From: Halocafeteria seosinensis
Taxonomy: Eukaryota
NCBI GenBank assembly: GCA_001687465.1
Contig: LVLI01000141.1
Span: 124,001-188,000, forward strand
Direction of reading: 5' to 3'
Length of the DNA: 64,000 nt
Shown here: piece after piece, positions 38,594-49,015 of the stretch
Layout of the letters: the number at the start of each line of letters is the position of its first letter
Position numbering within the stretch: position 1 is the first letter of the stretch
Position numbers and translations under genes: made by a program
The notes under the pieces: model-generated
What the model saw: the letters and a program-made list of their open reading frames with translations, nothing else
Told to the model about the DNA's origin: nothing
Database searches by the model: none

Positions 38594-41500
38594 ATGGAAG
38601 GCAGACGACGATCACGGTATAAACCAACAACGGACGTCCAGAAATCAACCATTCCAGATACCCCAAGAAATGGTGTTGTCAAAGTCAATCAGAAGCTGCA
38701 TGGCTTGGTTGCGGTACCGGCCCGCTTCATCTCAGGAAAACTCGGGCGTCCGCTGCTATGTACCCCCCGATGGAGGAGAGTCAAGGGAATATGCTTTAGG
38801 AATATGGTGTGGATACCCGCCCTTGTAAAAGATGTACATGAGAACTATGTAAAAGTGCATTTAATTGCCACTCCATCTCTCACAGTGAAGATTTCTCCCG
38901 GAGAATGTGAAATACGACCCTTAAGCGATGACTTCCTAGAAGTTCTTGAACCCTCGTCCGAGATCTTACTGGAACAACAAAAGCTATCCACCAATCTACC
39001 ACCGATACAAGCATTGAGCGAAGCAAGCATTTTGCTTCACTTTGAGTCGCAGTTCGCTTATCGTCAACCATATAGCGAATTGTCCGAGTCCAGTTTGGCG
39101 TGGATCAACGACAATACCGAATCCGAAGGGCTAAGTAGATATCTTCATCTGTCAACCAAAACGGTTGGTGGAAGTAAAAGGCGTTCGTCGTTTTACAGTG
39201 GTCAGGACGCTAGAGAAGAAACTGCTCCGGGTGAAGTAGCGAGGCGCTACTTTCAAGCGGCACGTCGAAGCGAGTTATCCATCGAGCAGCTCTCACCCCA
39301 TCCATTCAAACTCCTAGCTAGGGCTTTTCGATCAGCGTTAAGGACCGGAGCCCGACAATTTATTACATTCCAGGGATATCCGTCTAGCGGGAAGTCATGG
39401 TTAATGAAAGAAGCCATCGACTTTTACTCATCGCTTGGCACGGAAGTTGGCATTAATGTCCCAGCAAGTTCGATGCTCTCAAAACTACATGCTGTACTGT
39501 CCTGCTTCACGGAGTATGTAAACTCTTGCCGTCGGTTGAGCTCGGCGGCGGCTGTTCGATGCTCGCTATCCTTGAGGGAATCGGGAGAACTTCACTCAGC
39601 CCACTACTTCGTCAAACGCCTCATCAAACTTCCCCGTTCTTCTAGATCAAACACCGTGGTTCTTAGCCTTTGGGGCTGCTGGATATTGGATGCAATCAAA
39701 CGTAGTAATGTCCCCAAACTGGTTCCAGGAATTTCATCAAGCTTGGCCGCAAAGGCAGAGTTTTATCTTAGAGATCTTCGCTGTGGCTATCAAGAAACAT
39801 GTTTTGGAGCGAGTCTCAGGGATGTCATCAAGTGGCTTGTCGAGTGCGGTCTCACCCAATTGCACATTCGGACAATTGTGCGACTTACTATGGTAGTCCT
39901 GTTGCTGTATAGCGTGGCTGTTTGCGAGGACACAAAGCAAACCAGCCAAGGCGATCCAACAGGAAGTTCTAAGTGGACGACGATAGCATCACTATTGGGA
40001 GTAACTGCAGAGCGTTTATCCGAGCTTACTGAAATTACGACAGAGCAGGATGCTATCGAGAAAAGTCGTTACCAACTGATTCTAGAACTTGCCACACACT
40101 TCGATGGTGCAATTATGGCCTACGTTGTTAGAGTAATAAATTTTAGCCTATATGAGCGATTGAAAGCCGATTTCGAGACGGTGGCCGCCGCGACCACGAA
40201 CGGTCACATACCAGGATTGGCCAGTTTTGACTTGGTTGACATTCCCGGTGTAAATCCCAATCGAGATAAGGACTTTGAAAGACTGGACGTTTTCCTTGCT
40301 AATTTCCTAAGGCAATTTGTCGACAGTACTCTGGAGGCTGCGCGGCAGCAGTCAGTAAAGTACCTTTCCGGAGCATCGGACGGAATCAAGCTTGGCGCTC
40401 ATTGTGGTGCATACGCAACTACAGAAGCAAGTAACAGACTAAGCGTTTTCACCGGCAGCAACCGACCATTTGGAATACTTTCAGACATCAATAGTAGAGG
40501 CATGGGCACGGTCTCACATGCAGCTTTCTCGAAAGCATCCTTCATGGACCTATACACAAAATGCCGACAACAAGAGCGGATCTTCTCTCGAAACATTCGG
40601 AACATCTCTCGCCAGCCAGCCACACAAGCATTCTTGCAACTTCAGAAGCGGTTGCCCCCGAAAGACGCCGAACTAGTCACCATTATGCATCCAAATGGCG
40701 CTGTAACGTATAAAACTACTGGGATGCTTCTTGATGAAACTATCTCGTACATAGCGGTTGGGATGGTAGAAAGCCTTATCAACTCCTCCGAGTTGCCGCA
40801 CTGCAGAGCTATTGTGCAAGAATTGAATACAGAAGGGGTATGGACTCATGCACTTCCGGAGCATGACAATGTCAACTACAGTGGTAATAGAATCATAGGA
40901 TCAGACCTAATAGTGCAAGACTCTACAAGTATGCTAGCCAAACTTGGAAATGATGAGGTGTGCAAGCTGTGTCAGCTGTCTTCCCCTGTCTTGAAGATTG
41001 CTACGGATATTCATGAATGGACGCGGATTAGAAATGTGGGTAGTAGTAATTCAAAACATACAAACCAGATTGCATACGGAAGGCCTTGGAAGGTTATGTG
41101 TTTTCAATCTAGCCCGCAAGGTATTGAAGGAGAGTTTGATTCTACGTACATGCATTCTCAGTTGAAGTCCCTTCCTGTGGTAGAAGAAATTGCCATTGGA
41201 CGCTCCGCCTTAGAGAACGCTTGCGATACCGAAGAGTTTTATGTAAAGTTTAGCATATTAAGCCCTTCCACGTTGAACAGATTTGGAGTTTCCCCGGCAC
41301 CAGAATCACTTAAGGATGCGTGCGTCGATTTGTTGAAGCGACTGCTCAATCAGAACGAGGCATTACGGACCAACCTGCATTCTGCAAAGAAGCAGTTTCA
41401 TGTTAGCTCTTCGACGTTGTATTTGGGAACGACTTTGTTCGAGCTCTTGGAAGGGCTAAGAAGTTTGGCAATCCGAAAACTTGAAAACGCCGCGAAAACG

Positions 41501-43453
41501 ATCCAGCGGTTCGTTCGGAGCAACCTGGCCAAAGCTGAAAGACGACGCTACCAAGCGGGGCTCCTGGAAAAGAACAAACGAAGAGAAGAACACCGCCGTA
41601 GGAAGGAAAGGCAACATCTGTATTCCCTAGCAAGGACGTTGTATTTCAACATGCGGATGCTGCTGCAAAGAAAAGTCTTCAAGGAGACAAGGCGACGGGT
41701 AGTACTTCTTCAGCGATGGTGGAGACGCAATTCCAAGTGTGGATGTTCCTCCACTCATTTGCTAGAGGCAAGTTTCTGGGGGCAAATTCAGGGGTTTCTG
41801 GGACGAAAGCGAATGCATTTGGAACTTCTGGCGGCTCAAAAAATATCAGGCTGGATGGCGGACCAATACCATAAGAAGTATATATCACCCTACAGAAAAC
41901 GCTATTGCCGCATAATTGAAGGCTTCTACACAAGCTGCAGGATTCGAGGAAGCAATTCTACGGAAGTTCGTGAAGTGAGAGCGTTGAGTAAAAAGAAAAT
42001 GCTTATCCAAACGGTTAGACGCCTAGTAGCATTTGTAAAGGCACGCCTTGTGAGGAGGGCCTTCCTAGAGTTCCGCCAGAGAATTGTTTTTTTGCAGAGA
42101 TGGATGAGAGAGAGAAATCGTCACTGCGCTTCTTTGAGGATAACAACTTTTATGAAGCACCACTTTGGCTCCAGTCTCAGTAGATCTTTGCAAATGAGAA
42201 CTGCCAGTAAGCTAACTAAGCAGGTTGCTAAGTTAAACGATCTCTTACAGGTACTAATGAGTGAACATTGGAGATACATGTTTACGAAACCTTCCTTGAA
42301 TGTTACGTGGTACCGGCAGATTTATGCAGTAGGAAAAGTCAGAACGCTATTACATCGGAAGGTACTTCTAGTACACTCGAAACTATTTCGAGAGTGGGGG
42401 ATGGAATCTCATCGATTCCACGGCATGAGGACAATGGTAAAGGCGATGGAGGGTACTAACCGTCCTCCTGTAGTTGACCTTGCCTCTTCAGATAGTCATA
42501 TACTGACACTCACTGCTGACGGCACTCTTGACATGATACCATGTCTTGCTGTGGAACGAAATAGAAAAGATAGCCTGCCTTCTTTAACGAAGGATGTTGT
42601 ATCTAAGAAGATAATAATAAGCATTGCCGCAGGACGCGATCACTATGTTTTCGCAACTTCTCACGGTAAGGTGTTTACCGTGGGCAACAACATGGAGGGC
42701 TGCCTCGGCTTGGGGCCATCGGTGTCTTCTACTTCGCTCCCAATGCCGATAGAGCATTTGAACTGTTCGATAAACCAAGTAGCCGCGGGAACCTACCATT
42801 CATCGCTTGTGTCAACGAAGGGAAGGTTACTGGCGTGTGGAAAAAGCGTCTTGTGCGGCTTGGTTACCAAACACGAAGAAAGAATTCAATGGTATCCGGT
42901 GGAGGTACCAGGGCTGGAAAGAGCCAAAATAAAGCGTGTTACGAGCGGCTTCTACCATACTGTGGCTATGGAGCAGAATGGGCAATTGTGGTCATTTGGC
43001 TCCAACCGCCAAGGCCAGCTTGGAACAAGGACATGTAGTACCCCGTATGAAATGGCGACGATGATTCGTTTGCCACAGCATTGCATCAAAAAGAGCCAAC
43101 AGTCGTTACTTGCTGCAAGAGTATCCGCCGGACCTTATCACTCCGCTTGCGTTACGCACGAAGGAGAAGCATTCAGTTGGGGATGGAGACATCGGGAAGA
43201 AATCCAGTATCTCCCTGAACCAGTTAGACAGTCGTGCCAGCGCGCTATAGATGTGGCAGCAGTCTTGGGTCAAACCCTTGTGTTATACGAAGACGGTCAC
43301 ATCGATTACGACATCTCTTCAAGATCGTCACGAAATCTAAGCGAAATCAATGAATACTTGCTAAGAAAGGGCATTGTCCCCAAGGAGCTTCTAAGGGCCA
43401 ATTGCAGAGGAGGCAGTCTAGCTGTCCTCGGAGTTAGTATGCCCTATGTGTGA
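38594..43453 (+). CDS. Divergent myosin: degenerate motor domain, IQ-rich neck and RCC1-repeat tail (1,619 aa)
   Basis: LSEASILLHF, PHPFKLLARAF, P-loop-like GYPSSGKS, switch-II-like DIPG, IMHPNGAVTY; IQ motifs (AAKTIQRFVR, VVLLQRWWR, IVFLQRWMR); RCC1 repeats (VFTVGNNMEGCLGLG, LWSFGSNRQGQLG, VAAGTYHS). Confidence 0.8.
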   Translation: MEGRRRSRYKPTTDVQKSTIPDTPRNGVVKVNQKLHGLVAVPARFISGKLGRPLLCTPRWRRVKGICFRNMVWIPALVKDVHENYVKVHLIATPSLTVKISPGECEIRPLSDDFLEVLEPSSEILLEQQKLSTNLPPIQALSEASILLHFESQFAYRQPYSELSESSLAWINDNTESEGLSRYLHLSTKTVGGSKRRSSFYSGQDAREETAPGEVARRYFQAARRSELSIEQLSPHPFKLLARAFRSALRTGARQFITFQGYPSSGKSWLMKEAIDFYSSLGTEVGINVPASSMLSKLHAVLSCFTEYVNSCRRLSSAAAVRCSLSLRESGELHSAHYFVKRLIKLPRSSRSNTVVLSLWGCWILDAIKRSNVPKLVPGISSSLAAKAEFYLRDLRCGYQETCFGASLRDVIKWLVECGLTQLHIRTIVRLTMVVLLLYSVAVCEDTKQTSQGDPTGSSKWTTIASLLGVTAERLSELTEITTEQDAIEKSRYQLILELATHFDGAIMAYVVRVINFSLYERLKADFETVAAATTNGHIPGLASFDLVDIPGVNPNRDKDFERLDVFLANFLRQFVDSTLEAARQQSVKYLSGASDGIKLGAHCGAYATTEASNRLSVFTGSNRPFGILSDINSRGMGTVSHAAFSKASFMDLYTKCRQQERIFSRNIRNISRQPATQAFLQLQKRLPPKDAELVTIMHPNGAVTYKTTGMLLDETISYIAVGMVESLINSSELPHCRAIVQELNTEGVWTHALPEHDNVNYSGNRIIGSDLIVQDSTSMLAKLGNDEVCKLCQLSSPVLKIATDIHEWTRIRNVGSSNSKHTNQIAYGRPWKVMCFQSSPQGIEGEFDSTYMHSQLKSLPVVEEIAIGRSALENACDTEEFYVKFSILSPSTLNRFGVSPAPESLKDACVDLLKRLLNQNEALRTNLHSAKKQFHVSSSTLYLGTTLFELLEGLRSLAIRKLENAAKTIQRFVRSNLAKAERRRYQAGLLEKNKRREEHRRRKERQHLYSLARTLYFNMRMLLQRKVFKETRRRVVLLQRWWRRNSKCGCSSTHLLEASFWGQIQGFLGRKRMHLELLAAQKISGWMADQYHKKYISPYRKRYCRIIEGFYTSCRIRGSNSTEVREVRALSKKKMLIQTVRRLVAFVKARLVRRAFLEFRQRIVFLQRWMRERNRHCASLRITTFMKHHFGSSLSRSLQMRTASKLTKQVAKLNDLLQVLMSEHWRYMFTKPSLNVTWYRQIYAVGKVRTLLHRKVLLVHSKLFREWGMESHRFHGMRTMVKAMEGTNRPPVVDLASSDSHILTLTADGTLDMIPCLAVERNRKDSLPSLTKDVVSKKIIISIAAGRDHYVFATSHGKVFTVGNNMEGCLGLGPSVSSTSLPMPIEHLNCSINQVAAGTYHSSLVSTKGRLLACGKSVLCGLVTKHEERIQWYPVEVPGLERAKIKRVTSGFYHTVAMEQNGQLWSFGSNRQGQLGTRTCSTPYEMATMIRLPQHCIKKSQQSLLAARVSAGPYHSACVTHEGEAFSWGWRHREEIQYLPEPVRQSCQRAIDVAAVLGQTLVLYEDGHIDYDISSRSSRNLSEINEYLLRKGIVPKELLRANCRGGSLAVLGVSMPYV

Positions 43454-43601
43454 AAAGTGGCCCAATGTTACCAGTCGGTTGCTGCACTTGGCCACGGTCT
43501 GTAAAATGAGCTACGGGTAATAGTGCTATTATGCTACTTATGATGAGCTTCTTAGAGGCCAAGAGACATACGTATTCTAGTGTGGCACAACAGTGTGCAT
43601 A

Positions 43602-45383
43602 CTACGAGCGCTGGCTTCTACTAGGCGAAGGCTGATTATTCCATGAAGAACGGCCGCGATCTGGTGATTTAGAATTTGATCCCTTCGATCGATCAGAAGG
43701 TTTTGTGCTGATATGCCCGAATATAACCGCATGTAGAGTTTCCAAAACGTTATCATCCTCAAGTAGTCGCATCACAACTGCCCTCCGATCCGAAGTTGTA
43801 AAGTGCGAGAACGAGCCTTCGGGAACGTCTGGACTATCAGTACCTTCTCTCGAATTTCTCGCATCAATGTGGCTCCGAACAGCGTCAATACATGACTGGA
43901 AAAACTGCTCAAGTTCCGTCCGCTCGGAGCGATGACTTGACATTTGCCGAAGTTCTTGGACACGTTCCCGCTCTCTGGCAAGATTGGTCTTGCAGCGAGA
44001 AAGCTCCGCCTCCAGGTCTTCTATTCGACTTTGAAGTGCCGACGTGCGCTGGCTTTCAGATTGAGGTCGTTCACTGCTCCTTTGAGACTGAGCTTGCGAT
44101 TGTGTACTCTTCAGGTCGGTACCACTACCGGAATTCCCTATCGCTGGAAGTGCACTAGGAATTTTCGCAGAGTAGTCTTCTTGCGTTCCATAACTAGCCA
44201 CCTGTTGCTGCTGTTGTTGTTTGAGTGTTTGCTCTTCGATATTCCTTTTTTCAGAAACTGTATTTTCCAACTCTGATCGTAGGACTTTGTTGTCTTTCGT
44301 TGTATTTTTTAGTTGTTTTTCTAACCATGAACGATCCTCCTCTGAGAGCAACGAGATTGTACAGTCGGTAGTTTTGTTCAATCTTCTTGAGACGGATCCC
44401 AGCAACCTTTTACTTACCTAGCGCATTAACTTTCTCCCGCATCGATTCTAAATCCTTTTTCATCGCATTTGTATACTTATCTAAGCGAAGTGACTCAGCT
44501 CGGAACCAGGCACACTCTTCTTCTAGGCGCTTTACTTTGGCATCGCGCAGGGCTTTTGCAGCCTCTTCATCAGCCTTTTGTTGCCACATTTTCAGTTCTC
44601 TTTGAACTGTATACATGTGACCTCGGTACGCCTCCAAAAATTCTTTCTCTTGAATTTGCAACACGCGGCTAACCTGCAGGAACCAATGCAATTATCGTGA
44701 ACTTTCGACCGGCCACCAAGAGAGCATTGCACTTGATCGGCGTACTTTCTCATTGAGAGTATTAACTACTCCTTGTACACGTTCTTGCATCTTTCTAACT
44801 CGATGCATACTGCACCATGAGCTCGTGGATTAACTTTGCTGTCTCTCTTCGTAGAGCTAGGAACGTCATACCTTTGTGGCTCGGGGATTTCAATGTTTCT
44901 TTCCTCGCTCTTTACTCCCGTCAAGAATGTATGATCCGGCGACTGCCCACCACCAGTATTGTTATTGCTGGAAGTCTGAGGGCAACATTACAATTACGTG
45001 TCGAGCGAGTCAAACCTGTTTGGTAATCGTTTCAGTGAACGTTAACCAGTACTTACGGCTCGATTTGCTCCCCAAGATGACCTTGTAGGCGAAGCGCCGC
45101 CACTAGCTCCACCGCTGCCGTGTTCATGGAAAGAGGATTTCGCATCGTAGGACTGTGTTGTTACGGTCGCAGGTTCGCTAGCTTCTCTCCCACTATTTGT
45201 TCTACTGCTAGCGTACTCCTCCTCATGCTGCTGCCGCTGGCTGGATGCCCCCTGGCTCTGTTGTTGTTGGTGCTTTGAGGAAGACGACGAACGGGCACTG
45301 GAGCCTTCTGTATGAGATGCAGACGTGGATGTTCCAGTTCCAGCTCCCGACGAAGCTGCAGTGCTTGATTCAGCGGCCGACAT
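43602..45383 (-). CDS. Coiled-coil protein, possibly basal-body/ciliary (C-terminus reminiscent of BBOF1/CFAP157), multi-exon
   Basis: Exons join from MSAAESS (45383) through EFLEAYRGHMYTVQREL to ERTELEQFFQSCIDAVR...FTTSDRRAVVMRLL by GT-AG introns. Family assignment is tentative. Confidence 0.65.
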
Positions 45384-45798
45384 CTCCTTTCCCTGATGAC
45401 ACTTCAAGTTTCGACACGGCAGACTCGACAGCCTAAAATCGGCTATTCCAAGGTAAAGAGTTACCACAAAGTCCTAGAATGGGTCAATTCCTCCCCCTGG
45501 TCTGCATGCGACGGGCAGCCGTTAATGCCTCGTCTCGCTCGGACATCCGACAATCTTTTCTTGGAGTCTGACTGGAACAAAAGATTGTTGTCAGAAGACA
45601 GACAAGTTGAAGTAGACTTGATTCGGAGGTCTCCTTACCATTATTGCATTGCAGTAGAGTCCCTACAGCTGTTGTTTGTTTACCATTGTGACTGAGTCGG
45701 CGCCTTTCAACATGTGGGATGGGACATTATCTTCCCTTTGCTTCCGGGTGTTCTTTGAATGTGTGCGGTTGAAACGCGAATGAAAAGGACGAAGAGAG

Positions 45799-47749
45799 AT
45801 GGGGCAAAGACAGAGTCTATACACTGTTGCCTCCCCTTCCTTACCTTCGGAAGAACAAGGGGAAGGTTATGGAGCTCGCCATCATAGACCAAGCAGAGCT
45901 CGAAGCAAGGGACACTCCTACGGTGAAGAGGAAGAGGACGAAGACGAAGTGCAGACCATGTACGCTGGCTCAGGTGGACCATGCTCGGTTCCAGGCTTGG
46001 TTAACGAAGGCAATACGTGCTACTTAAATGGAGTCATACAAGCCTTGGCTTCTGTACCTCCGGCTGTCCATTTTCTGTATCGCTGTGCAAATATGAATGG
46101 AGCAGCATGCGAACTGCTGGATAGTCGAAGGTGGAACAAGGACTCTTCTGACCTGCAATCTCTTGATAGCGAAGAAGAGAGTGACAGTGACGATGACTCG
46201 GGAAATGAAGAGTCGCTTATGCAGCAACAACTTCAAGCTAGTTACAATCTGTCCAGACAGCTTGCTCGGCTTGTGTGTGGTGAGTGATTAACTACACCTT
46301 AACTCACTGTTCTCTGCGTGGCTATGGTTTTGCGTTTCTGTATGTTCCACAGATTTAAATAACGGCTCAAAGGCGGGAGCTTTTCGAGTTATGAAAGACT
46401 ACCTAATTGACACAGGTATCTTGTCTTTGGTGGATGGTGGACAACAAGATGCCCATGAACTACTCTTTGGGACAATTTGGGCAGCGATTACTGACGTTGA
46501 AGTGTCTCAAGCGACAAAGGCTCACTCCTCAATTTTCAGGGGCTTATCGTGGATGTCGAACGGTCACGCTTACGAATCGATACCTTCAAATATGGAAATT
46601 CATTCACTATTTCCTACGTGGAATATGAAGAAACGGACAATCATTCGTGGGTCTGTGTCCCGCAAACACCGAGGTCAACGACATCGCGGAAGTTCTGAAT
46701 CATCGGAGCCTCGGTACCATGAGCAAATAGAGTCTTCTAAGATATCAAGCTATGAGCATACGACAAACATGTCGACAACGTTATCGCAATCTACGGTTAA
46801 CAGTCGGACACGACCAACTGTGAGTAATGCGCCACGGGATCCGTTTACTGGGATTATATCTCGCCGTACAACATGTTTGCAATGTGGATTTGGAGACCCA
46901 TGGAAGAGTGAAGAGTTTACTTGTCTTTCAGTCGTGTTACCGTCGTTTTCGCCGTGGCAAATGCCGGTAACCCGGGGAGGCACTCAGTCAAGTATGTCTG
47001 TTACTTTGGAGCAGCTCATGCGAAACTACTTTGGCTACGAGGGCGTTGCTGACTGGAAATGCGAAAAATGTGCACAGCACGGTTGCGAGCGGCGTACGAG
47101 GCTGTCTCGGTTACCAGAAGTACTATGCATCCATTTACAGAGAAATTCCTGTGGAATTCGAAATTCTACACCCGTAAAATTTAAACAGCACTTGAAGATG
47201 AACACCCTAAGGGGCGCCCCGCTAATGGATCTAAAGTCAGTCAAACAGCAGCGCACTGCATCCGTAAACGGATGCACCACTGAAATGGGAGCGGGTTCCG
47301 ATGAAGAAAGTGTTGACTACGTTTTGATGTCGGCTGTACGACATGTGGGCGGAGCCGCCGGGGGCCACTACATCGCGCATCGACGCCAGCCGTTCTATTG
47401 CTCAGGATCGCAAGAAATATCGGCAGAGGAGGTAGAAGCCAAAGCCAATAGTTGGCAAACGTGTAATGACCGAACAGTCTCATCGTTCGATGTTGATGGT
47501 TTCGTTGATGAGGGCATACAGCAATCCGTCTATCTGCTGTTCTATATGCGAATCAATCGGTCTACCGTTCAGCAAGTGCATGAATCCTCTGGATTATCAA
47601 TCGGCGAGATGTCCGTCTTTTGTCCCCGTTTGAATGAACAACTTGGTCTTCCGGGTTATCCACGTTGGCCACTGCACAACGAAGAATGTGATGCTGCAAA
47701 TTGTCGGAAATATTATTTTCCTCTCGACACCAGATGTTCATCAAGTTAG
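45799..47749 (+). CDS. Ubiquitin-specific protease (peptidase C19), two exons
   Basis: Cys box GLVNEGNTCYLN, QQDAHE, zinc-binding CxxC pairs, His box RHVGGAAGGHY, WQTCND, YLLFY. Confidence 0.92.
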
Positions 47750-47750
47750 T

Positions 47751-48793
47751 TCACGTCACTAGCTTTAACGTAAACTCATAAAGCATGAAGCTAATGGATG
47801 TACTCGGGATAACTTTTACCAAAGAAGGAGTAAACCCTCGATAGAATCCGCGGATTCCTTCTTCCCGAAGCATTATGGTGAGGCAATTGGCGAGACTGGA
47901 GTACCTAGGAAATGGGCCGAAGTATTTTGCATGCTCCATCCTATTTGTTTGCAGTCGTTTCTTTGTTGTGTCTAAGGGGTATGTGGTCGCTTTCGCAAGT
48001 AGACCGGCCAATGCACCGGCGACGCCGTTCATCCAGTTTGTTTGTGTCCCATACACAGCACTTAACGCGCTTCTGAGCCACTCATACGCGGTAAACTGTG
48101 CATACGTAGAATCCATGAGCAGCTGACGAGACGCAGGACTCTGCCAAATGGTGGAACTTACAGTTATTGCCATAGAAGGGACTGTCGAAAGGAGCGTAGG
48201 AAAGCAGCCATCGAAAACGATCAGGGGACCGTATTTACCTATTTCGTGTCGCATCATGCTAAACGTAGTTTTATGGACCCTGGGTATTCCCTGTGCGGCA
48301 AAGCGGGTTCTTGACCAATCGAAAGGATAGGTCACTAGAGTAGCAGCCAGACTGGCTAGCGCTCCACGAACGAAATGCTCAGGAGAGTTACTGTGTGGCT
48401 TCTGCGAGGAGGCCTGTTGCTGATCGAGAGAGTTAAAGATCCGGGTTATGTAGGGTCCTGAGGCATTATAAACTCCGAATTGAACTCCTCCATATGCAAT
48501 ATACAGCGTCGTGGCGGCCATATTCCCCCTCCAGAACGTTTTTATCCCTTCCTCTTGATAGATGTCGCGTATTGTTGTCCGTATTGTGCCCTTCTTGCCG
48601 TCCTCTCGATTCAGTTGCAGTCTGATTTTGATCATGTCCAAGGGTGCGATGAGACATCGCGTGCCAGCTGCGTAAACAAGCAACAAAAGACCGGTGGAAA
48701 CGAACTTATCTGGGTTAATGCAAGCGTATAAATCACGTTGAACGTACCCCCTGACAGCATTCCTGCCAGAAACTCGGGTCCAAAGAGTGGCAT
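47751..48793 (-). CDS. Mitochondrial carrier, thiamine pyrophosphate carrier-like (SLC25A19/TPC1)
   Basis: Three Px[DE]xx[KR]x[RK] motifs (PLDMIKIR, PFDWSRTR, PLDTTKKR). FWRGN..YIAYGGVQF and RTRFAAQG resemble TPC1. Confidence 0.8.
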
Positions 48794-49015
48794 GGCAAGT
48801 GGTATGGGACCAGTACGAAGCTCTAGTGAGGTAGTGCTAAAATGTGCATATTGAGCATCTGGCATCAATACGTGCGCATGCTATGTAGTACGTACCATCT
48901 GGTGTCTGGTTGTGTCATCTTCACAAATGGGAGTAGCCGAATAGATGCGTGAGAACCCTTTGTACCTTCATTCATTAGTTTATTTCTAGACTACCCAACT
49001 TTAGGTTCGACTACG

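Noticed and set aside
48702..48728. GAACTTATCTGGGTTAATGCAAGCGTA in the first intron of the thiamine-PP carrier looks like the 3' half of a TPP riboswitch
   Set aside because: It is on the strand opposite to the transcript, the P4/P5 pairings are poor, and no properly placed CUGAGA element is present. An Rfam scan would settle it.
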